A stretch of DNA of 63,042 nucleotides, filler included, from Octopus bimaculoides (GCF_001194135.2; 6 parts of 6 records of this genome joined end to end with filler, not necessarily neighbours in it), one strand, 5' to 3'; positions 11,566 to 23,822 are shown, counted from the whole stretch's first letter. Translations and numbers: made by a program. Notes: generated by a model not told the origin, from the letters alone.

Positions 11566-12824
11566 CAAGAGTCGGCTGAAAAGTTCATAGGCTGACAAAG
11601 ATACTCTCATGGAGTAGGACCAAATGATGTTTATTTTTCAATGTAGTTCCCCCACAAAGCTTGGATCACATTGATGAAGAAGTTTTCATCCTGTTGATCA
11701 AAAAAGTCATCAACAACATATATAACATCATCATCAGTGCAATACTGGTTCCCAGTTAAGTGTCTTTTCATGTTGGAGAACAGATGATAGTCAGATGGGG
11801 CCAAATTAGGAAAATAGGGATGATGATTATCCAGTTGAATGTCACATACATGCACAGCAGCCATTGAAAGAAAGGACTTGTGTGCTGGAACATTGCCTTG
11901 ATGAAACAAGACCTCCATGTGTCAGTCTCCCTGGATGTTTGGTCTTGATAGCTTTTCATAACTGCCTCAGCAAGTTGGTAAAGTACTCTCCATTAATGGT
12001 GTGGCCCTTCTGAAGATAGTCAACAAAAACAATGCCTTTTGCATTCCAAAAAAACTGAGGTCATTGCAGATGAAATGACCTTAGCCTTCTTTGGAGAAGG
12101 TGAGGAGGGGGTGTTTTCATTGTATGGATTGTCTCTTTGTCTCTGGCTCAAAGTGATGATTCCAACACTCATCTTGAGTTAGAAAATGTTCAAGGAAACA
12201 AGGCGGATCTGCCCCAAACAATGTTAGATTGTCCTGGGATGTGATCAGCCTGGTGCACTTTTGATTAGGTGTCAAAAGACATGGTACCCACCAAGCAGAA
12301 ACCCTTGTCATGCCAAGTTCATTGTGCAGAATATTCTCAACTCTCTCATGGGATATGCTAATAGCATTAACTATTTGATTTATAGTCAATTGCCTGTCAT
12401 CCATCATTATGTAGCGAAAATGATCAATATTTTCCTCAGTGATGGCAGTTGCAAGATGTCCAGACCTTGGGTCATCTTCAAGACTCTCCCTTCTCCTCCT
12501 AAATTCAGCTGCACATTTTTGCACTGTTGATAAAACTAGAGTGCCATCCCCTAATTTAGCACACATGTCAGCATGAATGTCCTGGAAGGCTAAACCCTTT
12601 TTCAGCAGGTACTTGATAACACCATGATGTCAAATTTTGTCCATTTTCAAGAGAAGTCTCTACTAGTTACTTTTGAAGTGCTCTTTGAACAGTCAGATGT
12701 CAGTCTACCAGGAAGGAAACAAAGCAGTTATTAATAAAATTAGGTGCAATTAATGCATGCCTGATTTTACAGCTGTAGCACCACTCCTTCATAGTCAACC
12801 TATGAACTTTGCAGCCCACCCTTG
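11566..12824 (-). mobile_element. Full-length but decayed mariner (DD34D) transposon
   Basis: TA on both flanks, TIRs caagagtcggctgaaaagttcataggctgac / gtcaacctatgaactttgcagcccacccttg, length 1259 bp. Motifs are WVPCLL (WVPHEL), TQDECW, and HQGNVPAH...YFPNLAPSDY with 34-residue spacing. It is frameshifted and the second Asp has changed to Gly. Confidence 0.92.
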
Positions 12825-13068
12825 TAGTTTGGCAGTTTCAATGAGTAAAGACTGGTGAAATAAAGGATAGCGAACTTGAGAAGCAATTCAGCATTGATGA
12901 GTCAGAAAGGGCAAAAGTCTTCTCCAATTGATGGCAAAAGTGGACATGAAAACCATGACAGCTAAACTTGCACCATCTGACAGTCTCTCTCTCTCTCTCA
13001 CACACAAGTAGGGGGGTCATGCAGTAGGGTGGTTAAGCGGTAGATGGGAAATAAAAATCTGTAGTTAC

Positions 13069-13158
13069 TTCTGGTTTCTCATAGTCGCTGCGCTTTACAA
13101 ATTCCCAATTATCCAGAATCTCTTCAAGCGTTAGCACAGGGAAAAAGAACTGTGACAT
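13069..13158 (-). CDS. NUF2: Kinetochore protein Nuf2 (Ndc80 complex), first coding exon; the exon extends to 13227 as 5' UTR
   Basis: Manual translation gives MSQFFFPVLTLEEILDNWEFVKRSDYEKPE, then a GTAACT donor (phase 0). A strong acceptor ctttcttttcttttcctttccag lies 5' of 13227. The FPxLxxxEI start and KP motif match the Nuf2 N-terminus as I recall it (yeast FPILDLQEL, human FPRYNVAEI...PKPE). Confidence 0.82.
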
Positions 13159-13364
13159 GGTTTATCGGTGAGAAGAATAATGCGGTCTGCTGTTTCTTTT
13201 AAATCAAAAGGATTCTGAGCTGAAAACCTGGAAAGGAAAAGAAAAGAAAGGTTAAAATGTTGGAAAGAGTTTCCTTGCATTAATCTTCCACCAAGTCAGA
13301 CCATTTGTTAGCTTTGGGCTGACAAATACCATATGAGTAAACAGAGCTATGGACGTGCATCACA

Positions 13365-14712
13365 TATATAAATCACTAATTCCTTCAGGGAGATGGCCCT
13401 GCTGGATATCTAAAAAAGGTGACGGCAGAAATTCCATACGGTTGTGGACACATAAGAGAAGCAGTGGAATTACAGGAAGGCTAACAGAGAAAGTAGTCTG
13501 CGGGTGTGGCAAATGTGCAGGAACAATAAACACTAAGAAAACACAGGAAATAGATTTCCTCAAAGGCCCAGGAGGATAGTAAATAGTTTCTGTCACTTAG
13601 ATGACTTAATTAGCAGTGGAAGGGGTATAGTAGCTACAGAAAGAACTGGCTGGGAAAAGTTTAGAGAGCTATTAACTTTGTTGGTAACAAAGAGTTTCTC
13701 TCACAGAGTGAAAGGCAGACTGTATGATGCCTGTATGCAAACAGCTACACTACATGATAGTGAAACATGGGTTGTGAATGTAGAGGGCATATGAAGGCTT
13801 GAAAGAAATGAAGTTAGCAAGCTTCACAGGATGTACAATATTAGTGTGCATGGATGACAAAGTGTAAATGTGTTGAGAGAAAAATTGAGTATAAGAGGCA
13901 TTGGATGTAAAGCACGAGAGAAAAGACTTTGCTGGTATGGCCATGTGATGTATATGGATGAGAACAGTTGCATAAGGAAGTGTTGGTCACTAAATGAGGA
14001 TGAAACCTGAAGAAGAAGAATACATGGGGCAAAATGTGAAAATGATCTTCAGATGTTGAGCTTCATAGGAAATGACAAAGGACCGAGATGATTAACGATT
14101 TGCTGTGCTTCAGATAACCTGTTCACCTAAGTAAAATCGAGACCCTAAAGACATGACATTTAGGTCCATGCCCCTGCACAGAATCTGTTCCTGACAAATC
14201 ATTCCTCCCACAACTCATCTTCCTAATACTCCCTCCTTCCACCTGTGTTTACTCACCGCATTCCCCTCCCCTTTTGCACTCTTGTGAACTCACCTGCCCA
14301 CTCACCCTATTCAAACATCTGCACCACCCCACTTATATTTTACCTTCCTGTAACTTAACGGTACGCCCTGACACACCTTCCTCACTATCTTGCCTCTCTC
14401 GTTTTCCAACTGGGGTAGCCATACATCTCTACTGCAAGACACCTTTTCTATCCCTGTCATACTCTAACCTTTTATCACCTGGCACAAAATCTCTTTCCTC
14501 TTTTCTACTGCTCACTCAGCCAAAAGTCTTACAAGTTATTTGATGACCTCATTGGTGCCATGTAAAAAAGAACCACTCTGTAAAGTGGTTGGCATTAGAA
14601 AGGGCATCCGACCATAGAAACCATGCCAAAGTAGACAACAGAGTTTGGTGCAGTCCTCAAGCTCACCAGCTCCTGTCAAACTGTTCAATACATAACAACA
14701 TGAAAGCAGATG
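13365..14712 (+). mobile_element. 5'-truncated RTE LINE with 3' UTR, in the intron upstream of the nuf2 ATG exon
   Basis: Homologous to 1025-1800 (GRWPCWI..KKG..RNSI, agtgaaaggcagactgtatgatgcctgt). The tail ggcattagaaagggcatcc is at 14590. Confidence 0.85.
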
Positions 14713-15114
14713 AACCTAGTCAAAAACATGATACCAATACATAAAACAGAAAATTATAACAACCTATGGAATAAGCATTCTAGGACTTCAACGATATAGA
14801 TTAATTAAAGAACATGGACTAATAGAAATCACTACTCCAACCTACAGTCCCCTCCCCCATCCATGGTTCTACCCAACAGCTGTACTGACCAGAGTAGAAC
14901 TGGTACACATTACATCCCATTCCCTCCTAAATTGTCCCCCACCCTATGCCCCTAGATCTACTTCCATTCCTCATCATCCTTGTCCACACTATTTCAACCA
15001 ATCACCGCCTTTTTGTGCCCTCAGCCACTGCTCTCTCCACCCTCTGCTATACTCCATTCTAAGTATTTCTCTTATCTCCTATCATTCTGAATACCCTCCC
15101 ATATCAACCATCAT

Positions 15115-15405
15115 GACTCACTTAAGGACCCCCTTCAGTCACAAATGACCAATGGGACTGTTCCTAGAAAGTTCCCCTCTGAGGCAATGTTGTTTATGGA
15201 AGACCAGCAGTCGCCCATGCATACCAGCCTCCCCTTGTCACATCACCGATGTTATCCAAGGAAAAGACAAAGGCTGATATAGCTTGGCACCAGTGACATC
15301 GCAGCTCATTTCTAAGCTGAGTGAACTGGAGTAATATGAAATAAAATGTCTTGCTCAAAAACACAACATACAGCCAGTCCAGGAATTGAACTCACTACCT
15401 CATGG
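15115..15405 (-). mobile_element. SINE family D
   Basis: Homologous to 7265-7580. Confidence 0.75.
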
Positions 15406-15412
15406 TATATAT

Positions 15413-15649
15413 CATCATCATCGTTTAACGTCCGCTTTCCATGCTAGCATGGGTTGGACAATTGACTGAGGACTGGTGAAACTGGATGGCAACACCAGGC
15501 TCCAATCTAAATTTGGCAGAGTTTCTACAGCTGGATGCCCTTCCTAACGCCAACCACTCAGAGAGTGTAGTAGGTGCTTTTACGTGTCACCTGCACAAAG
15601 GCCAGTCAGGCGATACTGGCAACGGCCACGCTCGAAATGGTGTCTTTTA
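15413..15649 (-). mobile_element. RTE-type 3' tail, truncated by an assembly gap
   Basis: tcatcatcatcgtttaacgtccgctttccatgc...ggatgcccttcctaacgccaaccact is the reverse complement of the RTE tail. Similar minus-strand tails lie near 9975-10130 and 11020-11220. Confidence 0.8.
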
Positions 15650-15749
15650 NNNNNNNNNNNNNNNNNNNNNNNNNNNNNNNNNNNNNNNNNNNNTTAATTA
15701 ATTAANNNNNNNNNNNNNNNNNNNNNNNNNNNNNNNNNNNNNNNNNNNN
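15650..15749. other. Assembly gap placeholder: 44 N + TTAATTAATTAA + 44 N (spacer also at 28191, 43908, 52074 and 58396)
   Basis: The same 12-mer, which has stops in all six frames, is centred in 100 bp N blocks five times. Confidence 0.95.
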
Positions 15750-15800
<51 letters not shown>

Positions 15801-16055
15801 CATATATATATATGCATTTCATAATACATATATTATATGATATATAAATGTATGCATATATATATATGTATGTATCCCTAACTATATAAAAGAGATTTGT
15901 GTGTATGTGTGTGTGTATGTCTCTCACTCTCTATTTTAATGTTTTCATTTCAAGTTTCAATTCGCTATTTGTAAACAACTAAGATAAACTATTAAAAGCA
16001 CTATTTACTAAGTTCACAAATTTATATATTCGGTACAGGAAAGTTTTTAACTTAC

Positions 16056-16300
16056 TTTTATTTGTACGATTTTTTTCATTTAACGTTTATCTCATTCATT
16101 ATTTACAATATTCTCTCCCCGACTCTCTCTCTGTCTCTCTCATACGCACACAAACGCCAGGTTTGATTTCGTTATTGCACGAATATCACATTAACATTTT
16201 GCAATTCAGCATGGGGCGTTCGAGAAATATAGGCATTATTTCGCTTGAACTCGCACACTTCGTTAATTTCCGTAATTTTTTTTATTTATTTACTTTCTGT
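16056..16300 (-). promoter_or_regulatory. Candidate non-coding exon 1 and promoter of nuf2
   Basis: The ATG exon has a splice acceptor, so an upstream exon must exist. An AAA|GTAAGT donor lies at 16056/16055 next to CpG-containing unique sequence. There is no transcript evidence. Confidence 0.3.
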
Positions 16301-16555
16301 GTGCCGTATTTAACTCATTGTATTTGTAGTCAGTCACACACGCACGCGTGTGTTTTTGTATGGACGTTTGTATACATTTATGTATGTGTATGTGTGTGGG
16401 GGAGAGAGTGTGTTTGAGTGAAGGAGTGTGTTGCCATGTATACGTACATACATAAATACATATGCATACATCTCTTTTGTATGTATGTATACATGTGTGA
16501 GAGAGAAACAAAGAGAGAGAGAGAGTGATATCTAAGTGGCACTCACTCTCTATCA

Positions 16556-16596
<41 letters not shown>

Positions 16597-16809
16597 GCAC
16601 ACATACGTACAAGAAAGATGTATGCTTATTTATAAATGTACGTACGTATACATGACAACACACCCCTTCACTCGCTCTTTCTCTCTCTCTCTCTCTCTTT
16701 CTCACACACACACGTCCATTTCATCTGATGTTTGATACTGTATGTATATGAATCTATGTGTGTGTGTGTTTGTGTCTGTATGCGTGCGCGCGTGCGAGTG
16801 CGTGTGGCA

Positions 16810-18010
16810 TTCCACGATCGCCAGAAAAAGCGGAGGAATTTTCGTTCTTGATGCTCTTTGTGGCACAGGTAAAATATTTGTAACAACATTGCTTCTCTCC
16901 AATGTAAGGCAAGAACAAGAATTGGAGTTGCAACAGTGCAATTTGTAACATAAGCAAAGATTCAGGTTCAGCAGAAGTGTTTTGCCAATGTCACCTTATC
17001 ATTTGGGATGAATGCATCATGTCACAGAGATGCAATGGATGCTCTCGATAAGATCTTACAGCACATCAAAGGCAACAGTAAATCTATGGGAAGAGTTACA
17101 TTAGTTTTATCAAGAGATTTCAGACATACATTACCAGTCATTTCGAGACGAACAAGACCTGATGAAATAAAAGTATGCATTACGTCTTCATACCTATGGA
17201 ATAAAGTACAGAAATTCTCATTCAATACTAACGTGCGAGATTTATTAAATGGGAACCAATGAGCAAAATATTTTTCAACCTGGCTCCTCCAGTTAGGAAT
17301 TGGGAAAGTACGATTTGATAGGAAAGGTGATATCAATTTGATTCATATTGCTATCATGATGACTTCCGCAACTGAATTGAAGAACAGGGTATTTCCAGAC
17401 TTAAGTACTAATTATAATTCACATAAATGGTTGTGTAAAAGGGCAATTCTTGCTTTAAAAAATGAGACAGTAGCAAGGATTAACCATGAATGAACAACTA
17501 AGATTCCAACAGTCATTAGGGAATACAAATCAGTTGATTCAGTCCTTGATGAAAATCAAGCTGTCAATTTCCCTACAGAGTTCCTTAATTCTCTTGTGCC
17601 ACATGGAACTCCTCCACATAAACTTTTTTTGACCGTAGGAGTCCTAATAATGATTCTAATAAATTTAGATCCTCCTAAATTATGCAATGGGACATGGTTG
17701 ATTGTGAAGACATTATCACCTAATGTGATAGAAGCTACGATCATCACTGGGTATGCCTCTGAGTAAGAGGTTTACACTCCAAGAATTCCAGTCAAACCAA
17801 CAAACATGCCATTTGAGTTCAAACGAACACAATTCCCAGTGCGACTTTGCTTTGCAATGTCTATTAATAGAGCTTAACGTCAGACTTTGAAATCTACTGG
17901 CTTGCTTTTCTAATCGTCGACTCTATGTTCGTTGGTAGTTTGCAAGACTTATTTGTCTATACTCCAAACCAGAGAACAAGGACTGTTGTTTACACAGAAG
18001 CTCATATGTA
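16810..18010 (+). mobile_element. Helitron Pif1-like helicase remnant
   Basis: Degenerate Walker A DALCGTGKI at 16850-16876. Also DALDKILQHIKGNSKSMG.VTLVL.RDFRHTLPVI, FPTEFLNSL.PHGTPPHKL.L.VG, NLDPPKLCNGT and FKRTQFPVRLCFAMSIN, with multiple stops. Confidence 0.92.
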
Positions 18011-18076
18011 ATTTCCTTCAACATATGTGGTAGAATTTATATCCTTTCATAAAAGTGTTAAATTTTGTATTTTCGC

Positions 18077-18149
<73 letters not shown>

Positions 18150-18170
18150 GTTGTATTTTTCTTCTTTCTT

Positions 18171-18266
18171 CAAATTTTCTTCCATTTCTCGCCGAGTGTT
18201 TTCCGTACACCTAGGGAAGAGAAACTTATTGTATGCATTCCCAGTTTACACACGCAAATTCACAGG
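18171..18266 (+). repeat. 96 bp interspersed element embedded in (ATT)n, copy 1
   Basis: 94 of 96 bases identical to 52173-52268 by eye. Confidence 0.85.
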
Positions 18267-19289
18267 CAAAATATATATTTTTAAAAAATTAATAAATGAA
18301 AACAAATTCATGATTGTATGTTGTTTTCACAGCGATAATGTTCTTCTCAGTACTATTATTATTATTATTATTATTATTNNNNNNNNNNNNNNNNNNNNNN
18401 NNNNNNNNNNNNNNNNNNNNNNNNNNNNNNNNNNNNNNNNNNNNNNNNNNNNNNNNNNNNNNNNNNNNNNNNNNNNNNNNNNNNNNNNNNNNNNNNNNNN
18501 NNNNNNNNNNNNNNNNNNNNNNNNNNNNNNNNNNNNNNNNNNNNNNNNNNNNNNNNNNNNNNNNNNNNNNNNNNNNNNNNNNNNNNNNNNNNNNNNNNNN
18601 NNNNNNNNNNNNNNNNNNNNNNNNNNNNNNNNNNNNNNNNNNNNNNNNNNNNNNNNNNNNNNNNNNNNNNNNNNNNNNNNNNNNNNNNNNNNNNNNNNNN
18701 NNNNNNNNNNNNNNNNNNNNNNNNNNNNNNNNNNNNNNNNNNNNNNNNNNNNNNNNNNNNNNNNNNNNNNNNNNNNNNNNNNNNNNNNNNNNNNNNNNNN
18801 NNNNNNNNNNNNNNNNNNNNNNNNNNNNNNNNNNNNNNNNNNNNNNNNNNNNNNNNNNNNNNNNNNNNNNNNNNNNNNNNNNNNNNNNNNNNNNNNNNNN
18901 NNNNNNNNNNNNNNNNNNNNNNNNNNNNNNNNNNNNNNNNNNNNNNNNNNNNNNNNNNNNNNNNNNNNNNNNNNNNNNNNNNNNNNNNNNNNNNNNNNNN
19001 NNNNNNNNNNNNNNNNNNNNNNNNNNNNNNNNNNNNNNNNNNNNNNNNNNNNNNNNNNNNNNNNNNNNNNNNNNNNNNNNNNNNNNNNNNNNNNNNNNNN
19101 NNNNNNNNNNNNNNNNNNNNNNNNNNNNNNNNNNNNNNNNNNNNNNNNNNNNNNNNNNNNNNNNNNNNNNNNNNNNNNNNNNNNNNNNNNNNNNNNNNNN
19201 NNNNNNNNNNNNNNNNNNNNNNNNNNNNNNNNNNNNNNNNNNNNNNNNNNNNNNNNNNNNNNNNNATATATATATACATACTCACACAC

Positions 19290-20370
19290 ATGACAGAAGT
19301 AAATAGACACCACCATAAAACATCGCTTTACGTTTATTCTAACTCGTAAAGGTTTATATTTTTTATTAATTGACATTAATGTTGTTCAGATTCTATATGT
19401 AACTATAATCATACCACTTACAAAAGAAGCCTTGCAACTGTTTGAATTTCAAAGAGGCCATATTGTGGCTAACTCTGAAGGTGAACATAGCGTAAAATCG
19501 CAGAAAACATTGGTATCCCGTTTTCTACCGTTAATAGAGTGATTCTGCAATTCACCAGAGAGGAAAGAGTCCACATCACCTCGCCCAGATCAACCAAGGC
19601 CCTCCAACAGGACCCTTCTCTTTGCTAAGAGAAGTGTGGAGGATAATCCTCGTTGCAAGGCCTCTGACATAGCAGAACCAGTTGATGTCACTCCCAGAAC
19701 AGCTGTCAGGTATCTCCATAAACTTGGTTACTATGGCAGAGCAGCAAGAAGGAAGCAAGCGGAGTAAAGATTGGGCCAGTGAGATGGCGGAGTGGACACT
19801 AGCATTTTGGGACACTCTCATATCCTCTGATGAGTCTAGAGTTACTGTATTCCCTACACTGGTCGAGTGTGGGTCTGGAGACTCTCTGATAAGAATTTAA
19901 TGTGAAAAGATTGCAGCCATCAATGAAACATGGTAATTATTCTGTGAGCAATTTGGAGCGGTGGTTGATCAGGGTTAGTGGAGTGTGAGGGAGCTCAGAT
20001 AAATATGAGTCCATATTACAGAAATGACTCCTCCAGTGGTGAAATGGTTAAAAATTCTTTATGGAAGATGGGGCTCCTTGTCACACGGCTAAAATGACCG
20101 AAGATTTGTTGGATGAGAATGGCATTAAAAAGCTTCCATAGCCAAGTCAGTCACCAGGTATGAACTCTATTGAACACCTCTGGGGTATAATGGACAGGAA
20201 ACTTCATAAAAAGAACAAGAAAGCACTTTCAGAGGCCAGGCCTTTTGAGATTACTGCATGAAACATGGCAAGAAATTCCTCAAGAGAATATTTGTCATCT
20301 GATCAGTAACATGCCTAATAGGGTCCTTGCATTGAAAAATGCAAAGGGCATATCTACTAAATATTAAATA
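19290..20370 (+). mobile_element. Decayed Tc1-like (DD34E) transposon
   Basis: Peptides LFEFQRGHIV, AVRYLHKLGYYGRAARRK, SSDESR (Asp at 19829) and EDGAPCHTAK...P*PSQSPGMNSIEHLW with D-34-E spacing. TIRs were not resolved. Confidence 0.88.
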
Positions 20371-20697
20371 TTCACATTATAACAATTAATAAATAATTGT
20401 ATGTGTACGTGTATATATATATATACATGGCATGGTTTCTCTTTATTTCTCAAACTCGTAATAATAAAATATAACGACACCTTGAAAATCTTAGCACACA
20501 CATGTTCACACACCACGTCCTACCGTGTTAAGCGCTCTTAAATCAGTCCAATGTGTGTGTCTGAGTGTGTGTGTGTGTGCGTGTGTGTGTGTGCGTGTGT
20601 GTGTGTGTTTGTGCGTGTGTGTGGGTGTGAGTGTTTGTATGTGCTTATACGTATATTGCTTCCATATCCTAATGCTTGTTCTATTCTTTATCAAAAG

Positions 20698-20829
20698 GGT
20701 CAATGTGGTGCCAAGCAGGAGAACAATTTATGTGCCCAAAAAACTATCGATGTATTAAAAAAGAATTTCTATGTGACGGTTTCAACGATTGTAAAAACAC
20801 GTGGAGAGGCACGGATGAATCCTTTTGTG
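20698..20829 (+). CDS. LDL-receptor class A (LDLa) module exon of an unidentified receptor or secreted protein
   Basis: ttctttatcaaaag acceptor and G|GTAAGC donor, 132 nt, phase 1-1. Translation is GSMWCQAGEQFMCPKNYRCIKKEFLCDGFNDCKNTWRGTDESFC, with six Cys and the CDGxxDC...DE acidic motif. Confidence 0.9.
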
Positions 20830-21129
20830 GTAAGCAAATATTAATTTTCATAATATATTGATAAAGATAATCAGCCTGGCCAAAATGCTTTGTGTTATTT
20901 TTTCTTACTATCTTTAAATCTTGGAAGGCTGATTTTCTTCCGTATTGCTAAAAAAAAAAATCAGATGTCTTAATCAGCTATACTGATTCTCTAACATATG
21001 TTATATGTTTGTTATAATACGGCATATGGTGGGCGCCATGTAATTTAAATAATAGAGATAAGTCGAGTTTATATTCTGATTTAATGTCTGCCCAGTGTTA
21101 TTTAGATTCAGTAGCATAACTTAGGTACA

Positions 21130-21208
<79 letters not shown>

Positions 21209-22012
21209 GCTGATATATATGCTCGTGTGCTTGTGTGCGTATGTACCTGTGTGTATGTATATATGCATATATATGATATCACGAAGCAGATCTTTAGGTT
21301 AGATCAAATATATTTGTGACATATTTTTAATTCTAAAGGTGATTTTAATGCAGTTTACCTTGGATAAAACATTCTGATTTATGGTAAATTCGTAGGTATA
21401 CCATTATCACCCCAGTGGCGCCCACCATTTGACCTATAGATGCATTTCTGTCTTGTTATGCTTTCTTCACAAAAGGATACCAAAGAGAAGCTACTCCTTG
21501 CCGATTAGTAATCTGTAGCATATTTACACCTTTGCGAAGTATGAAGTATTTTCTGCCAGGCAAACTTCAGTGAAGTTGCCTTTAGAAGTAAACATATGCG
21601 AGAAACATCTTTAAGCTAACCTAAAGTTTATGTTCAGCCACTCCTTCGCGCTACTACTACTTATATATTTAATCAGACTGAAATGTCTACGAGCGCAAAC
21701 CAGTCACTAGCATTGACTGAATCATTCTAAAGTTACGGCTTTGTAATCAGCTCAGTATAACTTTTGTTTGTTAGCCCGCAAGAGGAAGGCGTAACGAACT
21801 GGAAATGCATCCGGGAGTGCAATAGAAGACACCACTGAGTTGATAATGGTGTATTTTCACTTTTGCCATAAGTGAGAATTATTTCTCCACGGTAAACAGC
21901 TGTGAAATTGTCTTTAGGAGTTGAAATATGTCACAAACATATTTCCGCTAATTTAAAGTACATTTATACATACACACATACCATACAGATCTATCTATCT
22001 GTCTGTCTCTCT

Positions 22013-22136
<124 letters not shown>

Positions 22137-23693
22137 GCATATACATATATACACACATATATATGTATACGTACATACAGACATACAGACATGCATACAT
22201 ACATGCATACATACATACATACATACAAACATACATATTCACTGATAGCTAATTAAATACTGATAGCTAAATTTATACATCAAAACAACGGAAAGAGATT
22301 TATAAACAGAAAATTTTCTTTACGGTTTCCACGGATTACTATTAATCTCAAACATAGTTAAATATATAAATAAGAGGAAATCAATACATGAATTCTTGAT
22401 TCATAGGAAAACATGACTGTTACAAAATAGCAAATTTTTCATTTCAAAGCAATACTATTAACATATATCGCAATAAACAAATTATCAAAAATTGTTAGTG
22501 ATACAAATATAAGGAAGTTCCAAAGAACTTAGAAAAATTCACGAAATTCAGAGAAAAACTTTTGTTGAGTTAGACCAGCCGTAGTGTCCTCTGGTTCTTA
22601 CGTTAGAGATTAATATAGTCTATCCAATGAACTTTTCAGATAATCTTGATTTAAGTTAAAATGAGAGCTTGCGTTTGAGTCTCCAAGGCACAATTAGTAA
22701 TAAAAAAAGATTTCTTGATAACTATTTATATGATGTGTATATAATTTTAAATGGTGCCTCATGTGATCCGATGGGAAAATATTCGTTTTTGCTTCATTAG
22801 GCTCATTGTCAATGTTGTTACTGAACAGCCAACTGATTCAATAACGATGCCATTCTTTGCAGGTTTTGTACATTGACTTGAAAATTAGGTCAGTGTGTTC
22901 AAATCAGAAAAGCTACGAAACCACATCATCATACTCTTCCTTTATATCTTGTCGGATATTAACTGCAATCTCCTCATCGCTTAGGACATACTTTATGCCC
23001 TTATGAACCACACGTCTGACAGTGGACTGAATTGGAGTTCCCGTTAATGATATCATGTGACAACTGAGAAAATGAATCCACCTTGATATATTTTCCCCCT
23101 AATCAGGGATAACGTATCTCCACAAGAGGTTTCTAGGTGTTACCCAACCCTGAACACGAAGGATCCGACCACGTCTGAAACGCTGGCGAACTCCGAGTTT
23201 CTATGGCTGGTGATTAGAGCCATGAGGGTTGGCGAGTCGTCTCCTTTTCTGTGCCTGACTGAAACTTGCCATGTTGATCCTATCGATACATCGGAAAGGA
23301 AAGTGATAAAGTAAGCATTTAGTGTATGCTTTGCGACATTACATCATATTGTTTTTACTTATGGCCAACTAGAGTTTGTTCTCAGATGTCCAGAGTTTTC
23401 TACATAACATTTTGTATCCTACATCAATGTTCTTATGAAAGACTGTCTTACGATAGTTCCACTTTGTATTTTGTTACTTGCAAGTCATTAGTTATGGGGA
23501 TTAAATAACTATGCTTTTGAGTATGCAAATATTTCTTCGCGTGTTCAGGTTTTATTGCGTCTGTCTTGCTCTGTGCACGCTATTTTGTGATTTTTCTCTG
23601 CAGATATGTTACGTATTTATATTTCCCATTTTGAATATATATTCTACTGTGCAATGTATTAATGGTCATATATTTTCTGTTTTTACACGGCAG

Positions 23694-23822
23694 TAAACTC
23701 TAGCAAAAGCTGTAATATCTTCAAATCCAATTTCATGTGTCAGGAAGGCCGATGTTTGCCATCATTACTTCAATGCAACACATTTATAGATTGCCTAAAC
23801 GGCGAAGATGAATCCAATTGCA
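23694..23822 (+). CDS. Second LDLa module exon (absent from the ORF track)
   Basis: ttttctgtttttacacggcag acceptor and A|GTAAGT donor, 129 nt, phase 1-1. Translation is (V)NSSKSCNIFKSNFMCQEGRCLPSLLQCNTFIDCLNGEDESNC, with six Cys and DC..GEDE..C. Confidence 0.9.

Noticed and set aside
15694-15705. Recurring perfect palindrome TTAATTAATTAA (five copies)
   Set aside because: It is always centred in exactly 44+44 Ns. This is an assembly spacer with six-frame stops, not biology.
18055-19376. Very long ORFs in the track here and at 25410, 33459, 34894, 36430, 45189, 46397, 48412, 52699 and 61069
   Set aside because: They are open only because they run through N gaps and flanking (AT)n, (CT)n or (ATT)n repeats.
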